Assembly (NCBI GenBank): GCA_021613535.1 | Contig: CP075495.1 | Span: forward strand, 14,260,001 to 14,324,000 | Length of the DNA: 64,000 bases | Source of the DNA: Adineta vaga | Taxonomy: Eukaryota > Animalia > Rotifera | Direction: 5' to 3' | Shown: positions 38,504 to 54,435 of the stretch, one piece after another | Layout: each line of letters starts with the position of its first letter | Numbering within the stretch: position 1 is the first letter of the stretch | Notes under the pieces: generated by a model | Told to the model about the DNA's origin: nothing | Databases searched by the model: none | The model's input: the letters and a program-made list of their open reading frames with translations, nothing else | Made by a program: the position numbers and the translations under genes

Positions 38504-40857
38504 ATGAAAGAACATACATTATCACAAAGTGAAATTATTCCACCAGATACATGGAATTCAGTTGTAGAAAGTGTTGCTAAACAAGAAGAAACGGGATGGA
38601 AAGGTAAATAAATTAGTTTTTTTTTTCGAATTACGACATTCTTTGATATTGTTCTATATATATTCTGTAGATATGAATCATTTAGCACGTGTAAAATATG
38701 TAACAATATTAATTGGCAAATTTATCAGTTTATTACTTTTACTTTATATTTTTGTTTGTTCACTCGATGTAATGAGTTCAGCATTTCGACTCGTAGGAGG
38801 TAATGAATGCTTTTGTTGTTTTATTGAATGAGATTATATTTTCTCATTGGATGAAATAGGTAAAATAACGGGAAAAGCGTTTACAGAAGGTGCCGTTCTT
38901 TCAAATCCAATTGCTGGTCTGATGCTTGGATTATTAGCAACAGTTATTGTACAAAGTTCATCAACTTCAACTTCAATTGTTGTTTCAATGGTTTCATCGT
39001 CAAGTAAAGAAATATCTCCAAAAAAATGTCATATATTTCTATGTTTTATATCAGTTCTACCGGTTAGAAGAGCAATTCCAATAATTATGGGTAAGAATAA
39101 TTGAATTTTTGATGGAATTTTTATCTTAACTGATTGTATTCTAATTTAGGAGCCAATATTGGTATGTCTATATATTATTCTTTTCAAGTTGCAAAATTTT
39201 CCTTCTTTTGTATTCTTAAAGGTACATCGGTGACAAATACGATTGTTGCATTAACACAATCTGTAAGACGAACTTAGATTTATAAATTTAAATTCAATAG
39301 AATCTATATTTTTAGAATCGTAGAGATGAATTTCGTCGAGCTTTTGCTGGTGCAACAGTTCATGATATGTTTAATTGGGTTACAGTAATTGTTTTATTAC
39401 CATTAGAAATTGCATCAGGTATGTGTATAATAAACTATTTATTGTGATTTTATTTGCTGAATGTTACATTAGGTTTATTATTTCATTTAACTGAAGTAAT
39501 TACTCAAAGAATAAGTCTCGATCGAAAAGCTAGTTCAAATCCACAATTTCTCAATGTTCTTACGAAACCATTAACACATCGAATAATTCAAGTAACGAAA
39601 TTTGATACAATATGTATCTATGAAAATGTCTTCTTCTTTTAGTTAGATGAAAAAGTTATTCAAAATATCGCTCTCGGATCAAATGAATCGGATATTTCTC
39701 TTGTTAAACGTTACTGTTCGTTTAAAAATACAACAGATGAAAATGGAATATTTGTATTAACTCCCGAAAAACATTGTGCTTTTCTATTTTCAACAACATC
39801 CTGGCCTGATTGGGGTATTGGTCTTCTTCTTTTAGTACTTTCTTTAATATGCCTTTGTACATGTCTTGTTCTACTTGTTAAATTACTTCAATCGGTGCTT
39901 AAAGGAACAATTAGTACAGTAATACATAAAACAGTGAACGCTAATTTTCCTGGTATTTTTCATCATTTAACACCATACTTAGCCATTGGAGTTAGTAGAA
40001 AGATCTGGTTTCTATATGATATGAAAACTTTCATTTAGGTTGGCTGTATCTTTACAATACTTGTTCAGAGTAGTTCGATATTTACATCTACTTTAACACC
40101 ATTAGTTGGTTTGGGAATTATAACACTTGAACGAATGTATCCATTTACATTAGGTTCAAATATAGGTACAACAATTACAGGTATTATGGCAGCATTAACA
40201 GCAACAACAGCTCTTGAACTTCGAAATTCATTACAAATTGCATTATGTCATACATTTTTCAATGTGTTTGGTATGATTAATCTTAAATTCATAGATAGAC
40301 TGATTTGTGTGTTTTTAGGTATTCTTCTTTGGTTTCCAATTCCATTTATGCGTAATGTACCAATAAAATTAGCAAAGAAATTAGGTGAAATAACAGCAGA
40401 ATATCGTTGGTTTGCTATTGTTTATATTGTTGCCTCATTTTTTCTTATTCCTCTAACTGTTTTTGCTATTTCTCTTGCCGGATGGTATGTTAAACTAATC
40501 ATCCTATTGATACATTCTTTCAAATTTTATTCCCATAGGTACGTGTTTATTGGTATATTCGGTCCCATTTCGTTAATAATCCTATTCGTTATTATTATTA
40601 ATCTACTTCAAGCACATAAACCAAAATATCTTCCACGAGGATTAAAAACATGGTTATGGTTACCAAGACCATTACGAACATTAGCTTGGTATGATCAATA
40701 TCTTTTCAATGGTCATAAAAGATTGTTATGTTGTAAGCAAGATGAAGCAAAAGAATCAACGATAACAATCAATGAAAATATTAACAAGAAATCTGGACAT
40801 ACGAATGAAATATTTGATGATTTTGATCGATTATCTGGAATTAGTACTCGTTTTTAG
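38504..40857 (+). CDS. SLC34A: Sodium-dependent phosphate cotransporter type II (NaPi-II), multi-exon
   Basis: [45 protein letters not shown], a second [13 protein letters not shown] repeat and [12 protein letters not shown]. Confidence 0.94.
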
Positions 40858-41427
40858 TCTTTTTCCTATCTCATTTATTATCAAACTAAAATCAACTACC
40901 TTTGATCAATGTTTATTTTAATCAGCATCTTGTATTTTTTCTTCTGTTTTATTACAATAAAATAAGAGTATACGATATGCTATGAAATAACATATTGTAG
41001 ATAGTATATCTTTCGTAAATTTATTACAAAAGTTTATTTGTAAATAGAGTCTATTTCATTTTACTACCTTTATGATCTGACATTTTATAATTAGTATGTA
41101 ACACGTTGTAACATTTCATCCAAGGTACTTTATGGTCCGATTAATGTACTACTACTACTACTACGGAGCATCATATGTTTACTTCGTCCTTCGTGTAAAA
41201 ATAACTAACTTATTTCATATGTGGAATTTATTTCTTGTAAATAAAAAATGAATCTTTCTTGCACAAAATAAAGTTTTCACAGTTACCATCCATGATAAAA
41301 TTATATGTAAATATACATGTATTATCTGACAATAATGAGTAAATTTGTCATTGGACAGAAATTAAATAAAATTATCTTGTTATTGCCATTGTTGATCGAT
41401 CATCAATATATATGTATATAGTGGATA

Positions 41428-42431
41428 TTAAAATCTTGCATCACCAGCACTAACAACAGCAACAGGTGGCAATTCAGTCGGTTGATTTGGAACAGGTCCA
41501 TTGAGTAAACTAATTGACGTTGTTGCATCACCTTCTAATCCTTCAAACCATACAAATATTCGCGCAACAATAAATCTTCTTTTTTCTAAAAGTCTTTTAA
41601 CATAAGCATGATATGTATACCATGTTAATACTGTTAATAAACATCCAAGAAAAACATCAACAGTGTAATGAAAGCGAGTGGCAATAATCAGTAAATAACC
41701 AGCAATAGAATATAACCAAACTAGATAGGTTGTGAAATAAAGTGTCATTGGATCTCCTACGGCATCTAGTTTAGGATAGAATAACCATTGAGGAAAATTA
41801 AATTGACGTGTACATCCACATTTTCGATAAAGAAATAAAAATGGTCGATATTCTTCTCCTCGAGCATAGGTTGTCCAACAAAGAGCACAAATTGTCACTA
41901 AAATAAAATAAAATATCGATTATTCATTATGAATACGACAAACCAAAAACACTTACATGCAACTGTATGACCTGAGAAGAGTACATCACCACATGTCGAA
42001 TGTATTGCGAATATAACATAAAATGCTTCGACAGCTGGTGTAGCTAGTTCTGTTATATTTGTTACACAACCAGGTTGTGGTACAGTAAGTGAAGTCACAT
42101 AAATAGAAACACTACGCATGCCAAACATAAGACCTTGAACGAAGAACCATCGACGAAAAACAGTTATACGAATGTCTGATTGTGGTAGAAATCGTATGAA
42201 AACAAATACATAAGCAATGATAATCGAATAATTATTGATTTGAAAATAAGTCCAATATGGTAAAATTTTATGACCAATGTCTGGTAGAGCTGCTTGATAA
42301 TATGGTGCAATACGATCGGCAATTGTCGTTACAACAGCGTTTGTATAGAATAAAATTAGAAAGAAAATAAATGAACTTAGTAATGGTAAATATTTCTTAA
42401 AACAACGCCATGTGATAACTATGAATGCCAT
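41428..42431 (-). CDS. Sphingomyelin synthase-like / PAP2_C lipid phosphotransferase, 2 exons
   Basis: LPDIGH, CGDVLFSGHT and RFHYTVDV catalytic motifs, about six hydrophobic segments and no SAM domain. Confidence 0.85.
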
Positions 42432-43161
42432 ATCAATTGCAAAGAGTTACTGAATATGTTGAGTCGTTGGTTTGGCCTTGCATTTCCAAATACGTAAAAA
42501 AATATAAAGAAAAAAGGAGGGAGTATTGGGTAAAGCAAAGGAGAAAAAGAAAGAACGAGATTCACCTTCGTTCTGTAAAGAATAAAGAAAGTTAAAAGAG
42601 TATTTTCTCTTCTTGCTGCCATCCACATGATTGAGCCACGCGAGTTCTTCATGGAAAATAAGAACATAAAAAAACTTCTTCTTCCTTTAGCAATGTTTCT
42701 CTCGAAGTTTATTAAGTAAAAGTTGTTTTTATTCAAACAATTACAAAGAAGAGTAATCTTTTTCTTGATTGATCTGAGTATTTGCATTTCTTCCTTTGAA
42801 TATCTTCTATTACTTCTATAGATTTATTACATATTTGTTTTCATTCACCTTGTAGAAGATGTTGAATCATTATTTGAATAATCAAGAATGAAACCTTGTA
42901 GTTCAAGTTGGTTTCAGTTAAATTTATAAAGTATTATTCTATGAATAAAGAAAATTCATAATGAAGTTTAAGAGAGATCATGGAAGAAAAACAGTCATCT
43001 TTCATCTGATATTATTCAATGTTTTGTATACTGGAAAATTTTACATAATTAGATGAATAACTTAAGAATAATCAAGCCCATTGATAACATGGTGATCAGA
43101 ATTAGTACAACCTCATTTAACTGTAATTCCATATCATATAAAATTGGTTGGTTAAGTTTTC

Positions 43162-44118
43162 TTACATAAGTCGTTTTGATTCTGTAACTGTATCATCAAA
43201 AACAATACGAAACCATTTATTTGTTTTGATTTGACCAAGTCGTGAACCGATTTTATTCCATTTTTGTGCAGATCGAATCGCATCTTCTTTCGTTCGCATT
43301 ATGTAATGATTTATACGAATTTCCTTGATATCTATATACAATCGACGAGTCGAATTATAATTACTTTCGTGAAAATGCACACCCAAAGATTTAATAGCAT
43401 CGACACGAATCATCTCTTTACCATTACCTTCACTGCATGAAGGCCATTTGTCGTACACTTGACATTTAAACAAATCTTTTATATCATTCTCTTCATATTC
43501 ACCAAGAAGATGATGAGGTTTACGCCAAAGATTAGTTTTACGCAAGGAATGATTCATAATTTCATTATCGGTCTCCAAAACATAACCTAAATATTAGTAA
43601 TTGAGAATTACGAGGAAAACAATTTCATTCATATTACCATATCGAATTTCTTTAAAATGAAATTGTTCATAGTTATGATAATTATCAAATATTACATCTG
43701 CTTTTCTAACGTTTAAATATTCATCGATATCTTGAATCATAAGGAGATCTTTACCACTCATTGGCTCATCGATAAAACAAGAGGAAAGACAATAATGAAA
43801 TTCTTGAATTCGATTCTTTTTTTCGACATATGCAATGCGAAAACGATTTCGAAGTGACATTGACAATGGATGACCAACATTAATCAAACAAACATTTTTA
43901 AATCCTAACACATTAAATTGATGATCGAGCCAATCGACTAAATAGTGTTCAGATTCATTCAATATTTGTGTACACATATAATAGGAATAACGCGAAGATT
44001 CATAATTCAAAAATAGTATTCGTCTGGTGAGAAAAACGTTCAAGATAATAAGAACAACAATGAATATTGCATAGATAATATAACTTATACGACGAAATAT
44101 TGTATCAGAATACTGCAT
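43162..44118 (-). CDS. Type II membrane glycosyltransferase, GT92/GT2-like (GT-A fold), 2 exons
   Basis: N-terminal TM, MCTQILNESEHYLVDWLDHQFNVLGF, DIDEYL (DxD motif) and RINHYIMRTKED. Intron 43587-43637. Confidence 0.72.
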
Positions 44119-44696
44119 ATTTGAAATATGTATCAACCTATATGTGATGGGATGAATCGAATGAAGAGTACAACTATTACCGTCAATGTTAATGTTTATT
44201 ATGCTACTCCTTAGTTTCAAGCATATTGATGTTACATCAGGTAGGTTGTGTGACATAGAAAAATATGACGATAAAAGTAAAGGATGAATAAGAACAGAAA
44301 CGAGGATATGTACATATAGATAGTATGAATGTGCGAAAGACTTGATAATGAATGTATACGAATGATATTGTGTACAACATCATATGCCTATTGATATATG
44401 TATATACACTATACACGTGACGGAAGAAAGACACATGCATGATTGATTCGATTTAATAAAATAAGAAAATATTCAATTTATATTGACGTGTTTCAAGAGA
44501 CAATACAATCCTCATGAAATTATCAAAAGTAAAATTTCGCTGCTAGTCTTAGTAGGTATTACTATGTGTTCATTGATGAACATGCTGATTAAACGAATTT
44601 TTCTTTTTCTTTTTTTCGACTGTATAGTATATTTAATTCATTAGTAAAATTTTTCTTAATAAAAATGTTTATACAAAGACACACTGATCAGAAATA

Positions 44697-47600
44697 TTAC
44701 AAGTATGGTTGCCAACCTGCAAATAATTGTGACAAATTTTCAATGCTTGTTGCTTCTTGTATTAACATATTTACATGTGCTTTAATGGTCATTTGATTTA
44801 AACGTTCTACTCCTTGTAATTTCTGACGAACACCTAACAGAAGCCGTTCAGCCATTTTATTTGTATCTAAAAGAGATAATCATATATTTAGATATGAAAA
44901 ATTTCGAATATACGTTTGTTCTCAATCAAACCTATTGTAACTGATTCATTTGTTGTATTTGTTGTCGATGAAGATGGTCCAGGTGGTGGTAACATACTTC
45001 CTTTACCAGAAGATCGATATGACGATGATTGAACTGAATCACTATTTGTTTTATCAAACTGTTGTTGAAGTTGTAAAGCTTTTTGAGGTGATAATTGCCA
45101 TTGATAAAGTGGATCATAAAGAAAAACTTCAATAATTGTTATTAATGTATCCGCATATTGACGCATCAACTCAAGCGTTATTTCACAACTTCTAAAAAAC
45201 ATAAATTTTCATTAGAAAAAAGAAAGATCTCTGTCTCGGTTTTTTTCTTCTCATCGTACTTCTTAAAAAGACCTTGTGTACCGCATATACCAAGACCATC
45301 AATAACATCTCGTGTTAACCGAAATGGAATTGTTTCTGGAATAGGTAACCTGAAAATGAAAATGAAAACGATTTTTTTTATTAGATTTAAATATACGTAA
45401 AATCTCACGAACATTTTGCCTTGATCAAAAGCAACGCCCAAATCAATATGAATAACTTCAGCTGTTTGTGTATCAATTAGAATATTCTGTACATGACGAT
45501 CACCAAGACCAACAATATAACCGAGAATCGATGATGTTGCAACACTTTTTGCATATGCTTGTTTTTTTCTATGCCATATATTCGATTTATTATAATATTC
45601 ATAAAAGAAATATCGAAATACAGGTCGTAATTTTGTACATGCTTGTATAAATGCACGTTGTCGTTCATCTTTACCTGAATTTGTAGCTTTATGAATATGT
45701 CGACGACAATCCATAGCTGTCCAATCATCGGGATGATAACGTTGATGAGCACCATCCGGTTTAGTTAGATAATCACCAAATGTTATTGTACCTTCACACC
45801 ATTCTAAGACACCACTTTTTTGTCTACGAAAAATTTCAAATCCTAAGAAACATATAATCTATCAACTAATTATTAAAACATACGTTAAAGGAACAACTTT
45901 ATATGTTCGAATATTCATTGATTGATGGCATGTGAGTTCATCTTTATCTAATAAACGATTCACAACAGTAAATAATTGTTGCATAACTGCATCTTGTCTC
46001 AAATCATCCTTTCCTTTTAATAATTGTGGTAATTGTCGACCTGTTGAACTATGACAAAGAAGTTTCTTTGGTGCATTCACACCTCCGACCATTGCATATT
46101 CAGCATTGAAACTTTTCACAGTTTCGACGTTTTTATAAACACCATCATTTGCAACCTGAAATCAAATGTTTGTCTACTGAATGAAACGAAAAAAACAAAC
46201 AAACATCTTCTTTACCGGTATTGTTATTGTTGGTACCGCGACTTCGTGAAAATCTTTGATATGCATAAGTCGAAGATGTTTCGAAAACGTTGGATTTTTT
46301 CCTTGTTGATCTGTTTTCGTCGGTGTAACATCCCAATAAGCAGCTTCAATATAAGCATCATTTAATTTTCTCATTTGATCAACTAATTCTGGTTTGACTT
46401 TGGCACATTCATCTAATAAATATTGTGCAGCTCGTGAACGAGCATCATTATTACTTTCATAATTTAATTGAATAAGTTCATTATTAGTTGTTGTTGTTGT
46501 TTTCTTTGTTGTACTCGATTGTTGCTGAGTAATATGTGCATCTTTATGTGCATTGGCAAGAGCGAAAATAACCGGTAAAACATGATGAGGATGATCAATA
46601 ATACATTTCGATAAATATTCGAGAAGAATTGTATGAAAAGCGAATGGTAATTTATCATTGATAAAAGCCATTCTTGCTGCCATTTGATAAACAAATGGTA
46701 AGAAAAAATGTGTTGGTATATTTAAAAGATTTTTTTTCAAAGTTTTATTCACTTCTTCATTATTACAATTTGTTAACCAATAGGAAAGACATTTTGAAGT
46801 TATCATTATTTCTGGTACAGAATTATTTTTAATAATATCAATGGATATGGATGGATTTTTCTGTTGTCTTTTTGATAAATCGGAAAATAATTTTAAACAT
46901 GTTAAGTAATTATTTAATGTTGAAATTAAATAACTGTATTGTAATCGTTTTTGTTCTTCCATTTCTTTTCGATCCATATCTAAACTACGTTTTAATACTT
47001 TTGTATAACGTCCTAGTGGATCTAATTTTTCTTGTTTATTATATTCTATTTGATTTCGTTTGATTAATGAACGTTTATTTTCAAACATTGGAGAATTAAG
47101 TAATTGATTTAAACGTTGATATTCATTATCACTAAAATGTGCCATAGCTAAATAGGATTCGAATATTAAAGATAATGATGATAGATTAAGAGTTTTCACT
47201 GATGTTGAAATGGCATCAAGTTGTTGTTTAATTGTTGAAGATGTTTCACATCGTGTTTCATTGAGCCATTCACATAATAATAAACGACAACGAATATGAA
47301 TCGAATCAGGTAAAGGAGATTGTATTAATTGTCGAAGATATTCACCAGCTGTATCTTGTTGACGAAGAACAAGAACTTTAGCACGAAGAAATGATAATTC
47401 ATGAGAATAAGATGAATCAATTAATGGAGAAAAATCACTTAAATATCGATCACATAACTAAATGACAAGAAGAATATTTGTGAAGAGAAAACAAAAGAAA
47501 ATATAAAAAAACCTGAAGTTTTTTTGATTCTAATGCATTTTGACATAATTGTGTAATAAGATCGACGAAAATTGTTTGTTTAATTTCTCGATTTTCAGAA

Positions 47601-50600
47601 TTTTGATGAATATTATGTAACAAGAGTTTTTGTGTGATAGCAATACGTGTCAATAAAATTTCATCATTATGATCAAAAAGATGATTATTCAAAGGATTCT
47701 TCCATATTTTTGATAAGATTTGTGGATTTTCATAATTTATTGTTATATCATCAATAATATTCACAAGAAAACATTCACGAAAATCTGATACATTTGACCA
47801 TAGATTATGATCAATTAATTGTGGTATAGATGATGATGAAATACGCATTTGACGTTGAATAATTGATACAATATCTTCTCGAACATGACTCAACGATTGT
47901 TCATCAGATGTTTGCCATTGTGTTAATCGATTTTGTCCAGTTATTATTCCTGTTAATTGAATACGATAAAAGATTTGATCAGATAATGAGGAAATTTGAT
48001 TTAAATATTGTTCGAGTATATGATTAAATCCACATAAACGTAATGATTGTATTAATTTCGATGAATTTATTGTTAATGCTGCTTGATCAAAATAAAATAA
48101 TGAATCATAATAATTATTATTCAATTGATTAAATTCTCCATAAAGATTTGGACGATTTTGAAAAAATTTATCTAAACCATAGAATTCTTCTGGTTGATTC
48201 ATATTCGAATGAATACGAACAAATAAATCAACTAATTCCGATGTATTCGATAATAAATCAATATCAGAATGATATAAATGTATTGAATAATCATTATCCG
48301 GTAAAATTGATCTAAAAATAACAATAATAAAAAGTTTTATGTCGAGAAAATTTGTTGAATTATCTCCTTTCTTTCTCTCTTTACCTTTGTTTTGTTGTCC
48401 AAATATCCGTATAGATAATAGCTGATTGATAACATTGATATTTCGATGCACATTTTGCTAATTGAAAATAATCGATATCTAACCAAAAATGATTATCAAA
48501 ATTGAGACTTGTCGATTTTCCTCCATTGCGTTTTGTTAAACTATCAATTGGACATTGATTTAAATAATGAATCGTTCGAAAAATACATTGAGCTATTTGA
48601 CTATAAACAACATTCTTTTCATTGGAATTTTCTAATAATTGTTCGATTAAAAACGAAACATTTTTTGTTAAAATTTCTCGCAAATTTAATTTCATTGGTA
48701 ATACTAATAAACAATGAATTAAATAAGGAAAGATTTTCTTTCCAAATTCGATTTTTAATTGAATTAAATGATTTAATTGATAGAATAAGAATACATATGG
48801 ATGTCCAGTTTCCTTTTGTTCAAAATAATAATATTCAATTTGTTTAAATAGGAAATTTATTAATGAAAGAAACCATTTTTCAAATGAAGATTTCGATTCT
48901 ATTAACCAAGGATTTGATGATGAAATGAAATTTGATTGAAATTTTCTTATTGAATTGATCGAAGAAAGAAATGGTTTGATATAAATTTGAATTAAATCAT
49001 TATTCAAATGTTTTTGATAAAGTTCTTGACCAAGAGAATGATTTAAGATTAGTTTTAATGTATAACGTGTACATTCAACAATTTCTTGTTCTTTATCAAT
49101 TAAATGAAACATAATTAAATCTTCAATAATCCAGATGGGAATTGGTTCATAGAGATCTTCATCAAGATTTTCTTCGTTCTTATCGAAGAGAAATAATGAA
49201 CATTTGGATAAACATTTTCCTGCAAGAATATGATTGTGTTTAGAAGTGATACATTCGATTAATTGTTGTTTAACTGAAGAGACTATTGTTGGATTGATAT
49301 CAAGAGAATGTTTGAAAGAATTTTGTCGTTCATTTTCAAGATGATTATGAAACATATTCAATATCCATTCAACTGGTAATGATGAACGACGAAGAGATAG
49401 ATAGAAAAGATAATCCGATGTTGTTATTGATTGATGTTTTCGTTTTATTTCAATTTTGATATAATCTCTAGATAAAAATCAAATCGATATCGGTTTTTTG
49501 TTTGTTAAGTAGGAGAAAAAAAAGAAGTTATTTACAATTTTTCAATTGTATATGAAAGTAAATTGAATACGGAATCATTATCATGTTTTATTGTTTGATA
49601 AATATGAATTAAAATCATTTGAATACGTTCTTTTGTTAAATATTCATCATAATTTATTAAAATTGAAACAATATCAGGAATATGATTAAGATAAATTGAT
49701 GAATCGAAGGCAAGTCCTTTGATACATAATTGATGAAGAAGTTTACATAGAATATTTAAAATTTTATCATTTAATTTTTGTTGATAGATTTCATGATATT
49801 TAATTTGTGAATATTTTTCGATATATCGTAATAGAATATAAGTTGAATCACGTAAAATACTATGTAGATATTCATTATCTATTATATTTAATAATATATC
49901 CGTGAGAAATAATGAAAATATATTAAATAAACGAAGTTGTTCATGAAGAGAATCTGTTGAGAATAATTGTGATGATAAACACAGAAGAATTTCTCCAATA
50001 TCCTAAAAAAAATTATATGAAATTGTCAAAACTATCAACTGTAAGAGGTGAAAAGTAAATTCTTATACCGTTAATTTCATGAATAATTCAAGTAACGTTT
50101 TCATATTCATTATTTGTTTAATATAATCTAATGTTGTTTTTATTATTGACCAAGAATAAACAGGTAAGATTGATTGTGGTGACCATGGATCATAAAATTC
50201 ATTATCTTGATCGTTTTGATAAGTTAGGAAAAGTTTGAAAATGATTATTGTTAATTTTTGTTTTATTAAACGATTATATTCTGATTTTGTAATGAATTTT
50301 TCAATAGTTTGTCGATGTTCTTCTGCACATTTGTTTTTCTTTATTAATAATGGTAAAAGAAACGCTTGTATTTGAGGAAAATATTCAATTAATGAAGATT
50401 TTATATCGGGAAATAGTCCAATTAATTCTCGACGTTCTTTTATTGTGGAAAGAAAATAAGTTGCAAAGATAAATGAACGATAGTCTTCATTGAGATGATC
50501 AATTGGAAAAAATTCCCATGGAAAATCTTTAATTTCATAAGATAATTGTTGATGATAGAATTGAATCATTCTTTGTACGGAAATATTCTTTGGTAGAAGA

Positions 50601-53600
50601 TATTTAACAATATTCTTTGATAATTTCTTTTCAAGTCCAAGTTGAATCAAATAAAATCCGATTTGATTTGAAAGATATTCACTTAGATCGATTAGATAAG
50701 GAAATAATGATGAATTAATTTCGATTAATTCATGATAGATCTTTTCTTGTTCTTCCGATGATTTCAATTGATTATTTTCATAGAACATCTTCACACAAAG
50801 TTTATTGACTTGTATTCGAACTAAATACGATGAATCATTGAGTATAGTTTGTATTTCATTAAGTGGAATAGTTTCATCTTGAACGAGAATTTGTTTGATT
50901 TCAACGATTGATTTTCTAATATGTTGATTTAATAGATGACTTTTATTCATTGTCATTTGCCAGAAGGCATCGATGATCTTTTTCATATGTAACCAATTTT
51001 CATCGATGAAGAAATCTTGTCGAATTTGTTTATAGAATTGATGAAGAAATAAATGAAAATATTCAAATAATTGTTGACATAGACGAATATCACGACGATA
51101 GATACGAAATGATTCAGTAAATAAATTGGTTAGATTTTCTAAATCATTAGGACGAAGAATAAATGTTTTCTTTCGAGAAATAAATGAGAAGAATTTGAGT
51201 AAATATTCATAAGAAATTGGATCAGGTAAGGAAAGTTCTTCGAGATAAACATAAATCTTTTCATCAAGAATACGAATTAATAGATTTTGATTTGATTGAT
51301 AAGTGAGAGAAGAATTGAATAGGAAAGATTTTGAAGAATTCTCTTGATCATATGTTGCTTGAAAACAAAGAAGAAGAAGGATTTCGAAAGATTGAAGTAA
51401 GAAGAATTTATCATTCGATTGATTATCAATTGGACATTGAATACCTTCGATATCGGATGATTTTTTTGTTGGAGATAGTTCTTGAATTGAATAATTGTAT
51501 AAATAGGAAAGAAATTTCGGTTCAAGAAATCCATAGAGAATCGAAGAGAATTTATTTAATGAAGGAGAAATTGGTTTAAGTAATGATGAAGATGTTGATA
51601 AATAAATGGAATTTTTTAAATGTTCAAATAAATCATTAATAAATGGAATTTCATGAGTTTTATCATAATGATAAACTGTTTCATCAGTTAATTCAGTAAA
51701 GAGAATTTGAATATTTTCAAGAAATGTAATTAGATTCTTCAGATTGAATTGATTCGATGAAATATAATTGAAGAATATGAAGAATATGAATACCAAGAAA
51801 TGCAAAATGAAGAATTAATCGATTACGTTCACCCTAAATAGACAAATTTGTATAGAGAAAATTGATTCTATTGAGAAAATTTTCTTACTAAATGTTTGTC
51901 TTTCAATTGTTGAATAAATCGAATTTGTTTTTCATAGATTTCTAAAATACGTTTGAAAATAGTCAAATTTAATTCACATGTATTCATTTTTGTATGAAAT
52001 TCTTCTTCATTTGATTGTTGTTGATTAACTGGATTTAGTAACTTTAATTGTAACCATTGATATTCGATTTGATCAAATTCATTTAAAATTAAATCTTGTT
52101 TTCTCTTGTCATTTGTTTGAAATGGTAATGTATCAAAAGAACTGAATTGCATTAGAATTGTTGCACATAGATGAGTATATTCCGGTGAATAGGATGAAAA
52201 AAATATGGATAAATCATATTCATTATGACGATATGAAGTAATAAGATCTGGTAGAAATTTATTTATGAATTTATTTTCATCTTCAGAAGAATATTGACGA
52301 TTGAACGAATGTGTTAAATAATTGAAAATCGATTTCATTGATGTTATAGATGAACATGAACAGAGATGTGATAGAGAGAAATGTTTATTTGGTAGAATTT
52401 CGATGACATAAGATTCACATATAGAAATATGTATTAAGGGTTGAATTAAAAGTATTAATTCTGATGTTAATTGACAATGTGTTGTATGAGTTAGAAGAAG
52501 ATGAAGACATCGAAGTGCATTGACGAGAAGTGATGGTCTAAATATAGAAAGAATTTGAAAAATTCATTGCAAAAGACAAATTATTACCTTCGTTCATCAG
52601 TTAAATATCGTTTGAGTACATTCATATAATAATCACAATCTGTTATAGATAATATCATATTTCGTTCGAGTTGTACTGAAAGTATTTGAAAACTAATTGA
52701 ATACGAAGATTTTTAAAATAATATCAAAGAAAAATTTGAATGTCTTTTTACCCAACAGCTTGATGATAGGAATCAATTGATTGAAATAGATTTTGAAATG
52801 ATTTCATTTGTGCATCAGTATTTGTTGAGATTGAAGTTGAATGTTCATAACGTGTTCGTTTGGCACTTGGTTCAAACAATTCATCAGTATCAATATCCAT
52901 AAGTTCATTTTTAATGAAAATTTCATTTGAAGAAAGCTATCGACATATGATTGAATTTATTTCAAAAAGAAGACGATCGAAAATACTCACTTGATAAAAT
53001 ACACTACTTGCTAAATGAAGTAAATCATATCGAATAAGAAATTCACTTTGATTTTGTCGATTATTTAAACGTTTTAAACATATTTCATCAATTTCTCTTA
53101 AAACTAAATCATTTATATCTCGAAGATTTTTCTAAACGAACAAGTTCGATGAGAATTTTTTAGCAAAAAAGATTTCATTTCATACCATCCAGATATCATC
53201 GTAAGTTTCTAAGGTATATTTTCTATGACATGGATGATGAATACTTAGTTGTAAACGACAAAATTTGATAATTTCCGTCTAAAATTTTCCGAGAAAGAAT
53301 TGTCTTTTCATCTCTTTAGTTCTTACTTTTGGCTTATCACTACATTTTCTTCTCCAAATATCGAGAATAGATGGTAGAAATTCATAACCTAATCGAAAGA
53401 CTTCATCTGGTAGATCAAATAAATATTTCCATGACCAAATATTGAGTGAACAAAGAAAATTTTCAATCACCGAAAAATGATTCGAATTTCTAGAAATTTT
53501 CAAGATTTAAACAAAGATTTGTCATTATTGATACTACATACGTTAGTTGTTCAATTTCATGTTGAAGAAAATCAAATAAATCTTTTTGTAATAATGATTT

Positions 53601-54435
53601 ACTCGAATCTAAATCATTGTAAACAACTAATTTCTCTAGAAGATATTTCAAATAAGAACTATAAAGTGCTTGATCACTTTCACGAAATGTTTTTTCAGAA
53701 TTTTTCGATAATGACATGTATAATTCACATAAATCTATGAAAAATCAATTGAAAAATGCCGACGTACAAAGATTTTGTCTTACCAATCCATTCTTGTTCT
53801 CGTAATTCATTAATATATTTATGAAAACAAAGAACATTATGAATTAATATATGATTAAGTTCTCGAATGACGATAGTACAAGATGACCATGCTTCACTTG
53901 TAATTATTGAAAGAATAGATTCAAGAAGAGAACGACCATCAAGTTGTGGACCATCTGAATAATATTGAAAGATGATTTTATTTAGTATTGTTAGTACATA
54001 CGTGTATTTGCATGTTCAATCAATGTTTTAAATAATTTTATCGCATCTTGATATTTGATATCGGTTGGTAAAGATTTTCCTGATTTACTTCGAATATTTG
54101 ATAATTCATTGATGGTATATTCTCGAATAATCTATAGATTTCAAAATAGAAATCATTATAAATTTAAAGTATATACAAACATTGAACATTTCATTCCATG
54201 TTGTTGAATGTTTATTCGTATTTTCATCATTTATTTGATTATCTAATAAATCATGTGTTCGATTGTCTTTCAGTAAATCAATAAATGTTTCCACATTTCT
54301 CTAAAAAACTTTTTCATTGTATAATAAAATCATATTCTATCTTTTTTTTTGTTTTTTTACCTTTCGTTCAGTTATCGTTGTGGATGAGACAAGAACATGG
54401 AGACATTTGCGAAGAGCTAATTCTATCGCATCCAT
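44697..54435 (-). CDS. ATM: Serine-protein kinase ATM (PIKK; TAN-like N-terminus, FAT, kinase, FATC)
   Basis: GGVNAPKK, KGKDDLRQDAVMQQLF, GYIVGLGDRHVQNILID, HIDLGVAFDQG, PETIPFRLTRD, FLYDPLY, FATC LSQLFAGWQPYL* and FWLDIDYFQLAKCA. Confidence 0.93.

Noticed and set aside
44932-53740. Alternative-frame and antisense ORFs within ATM
   Set aside because: They are by-products of long coding exons and have no independent motifs.
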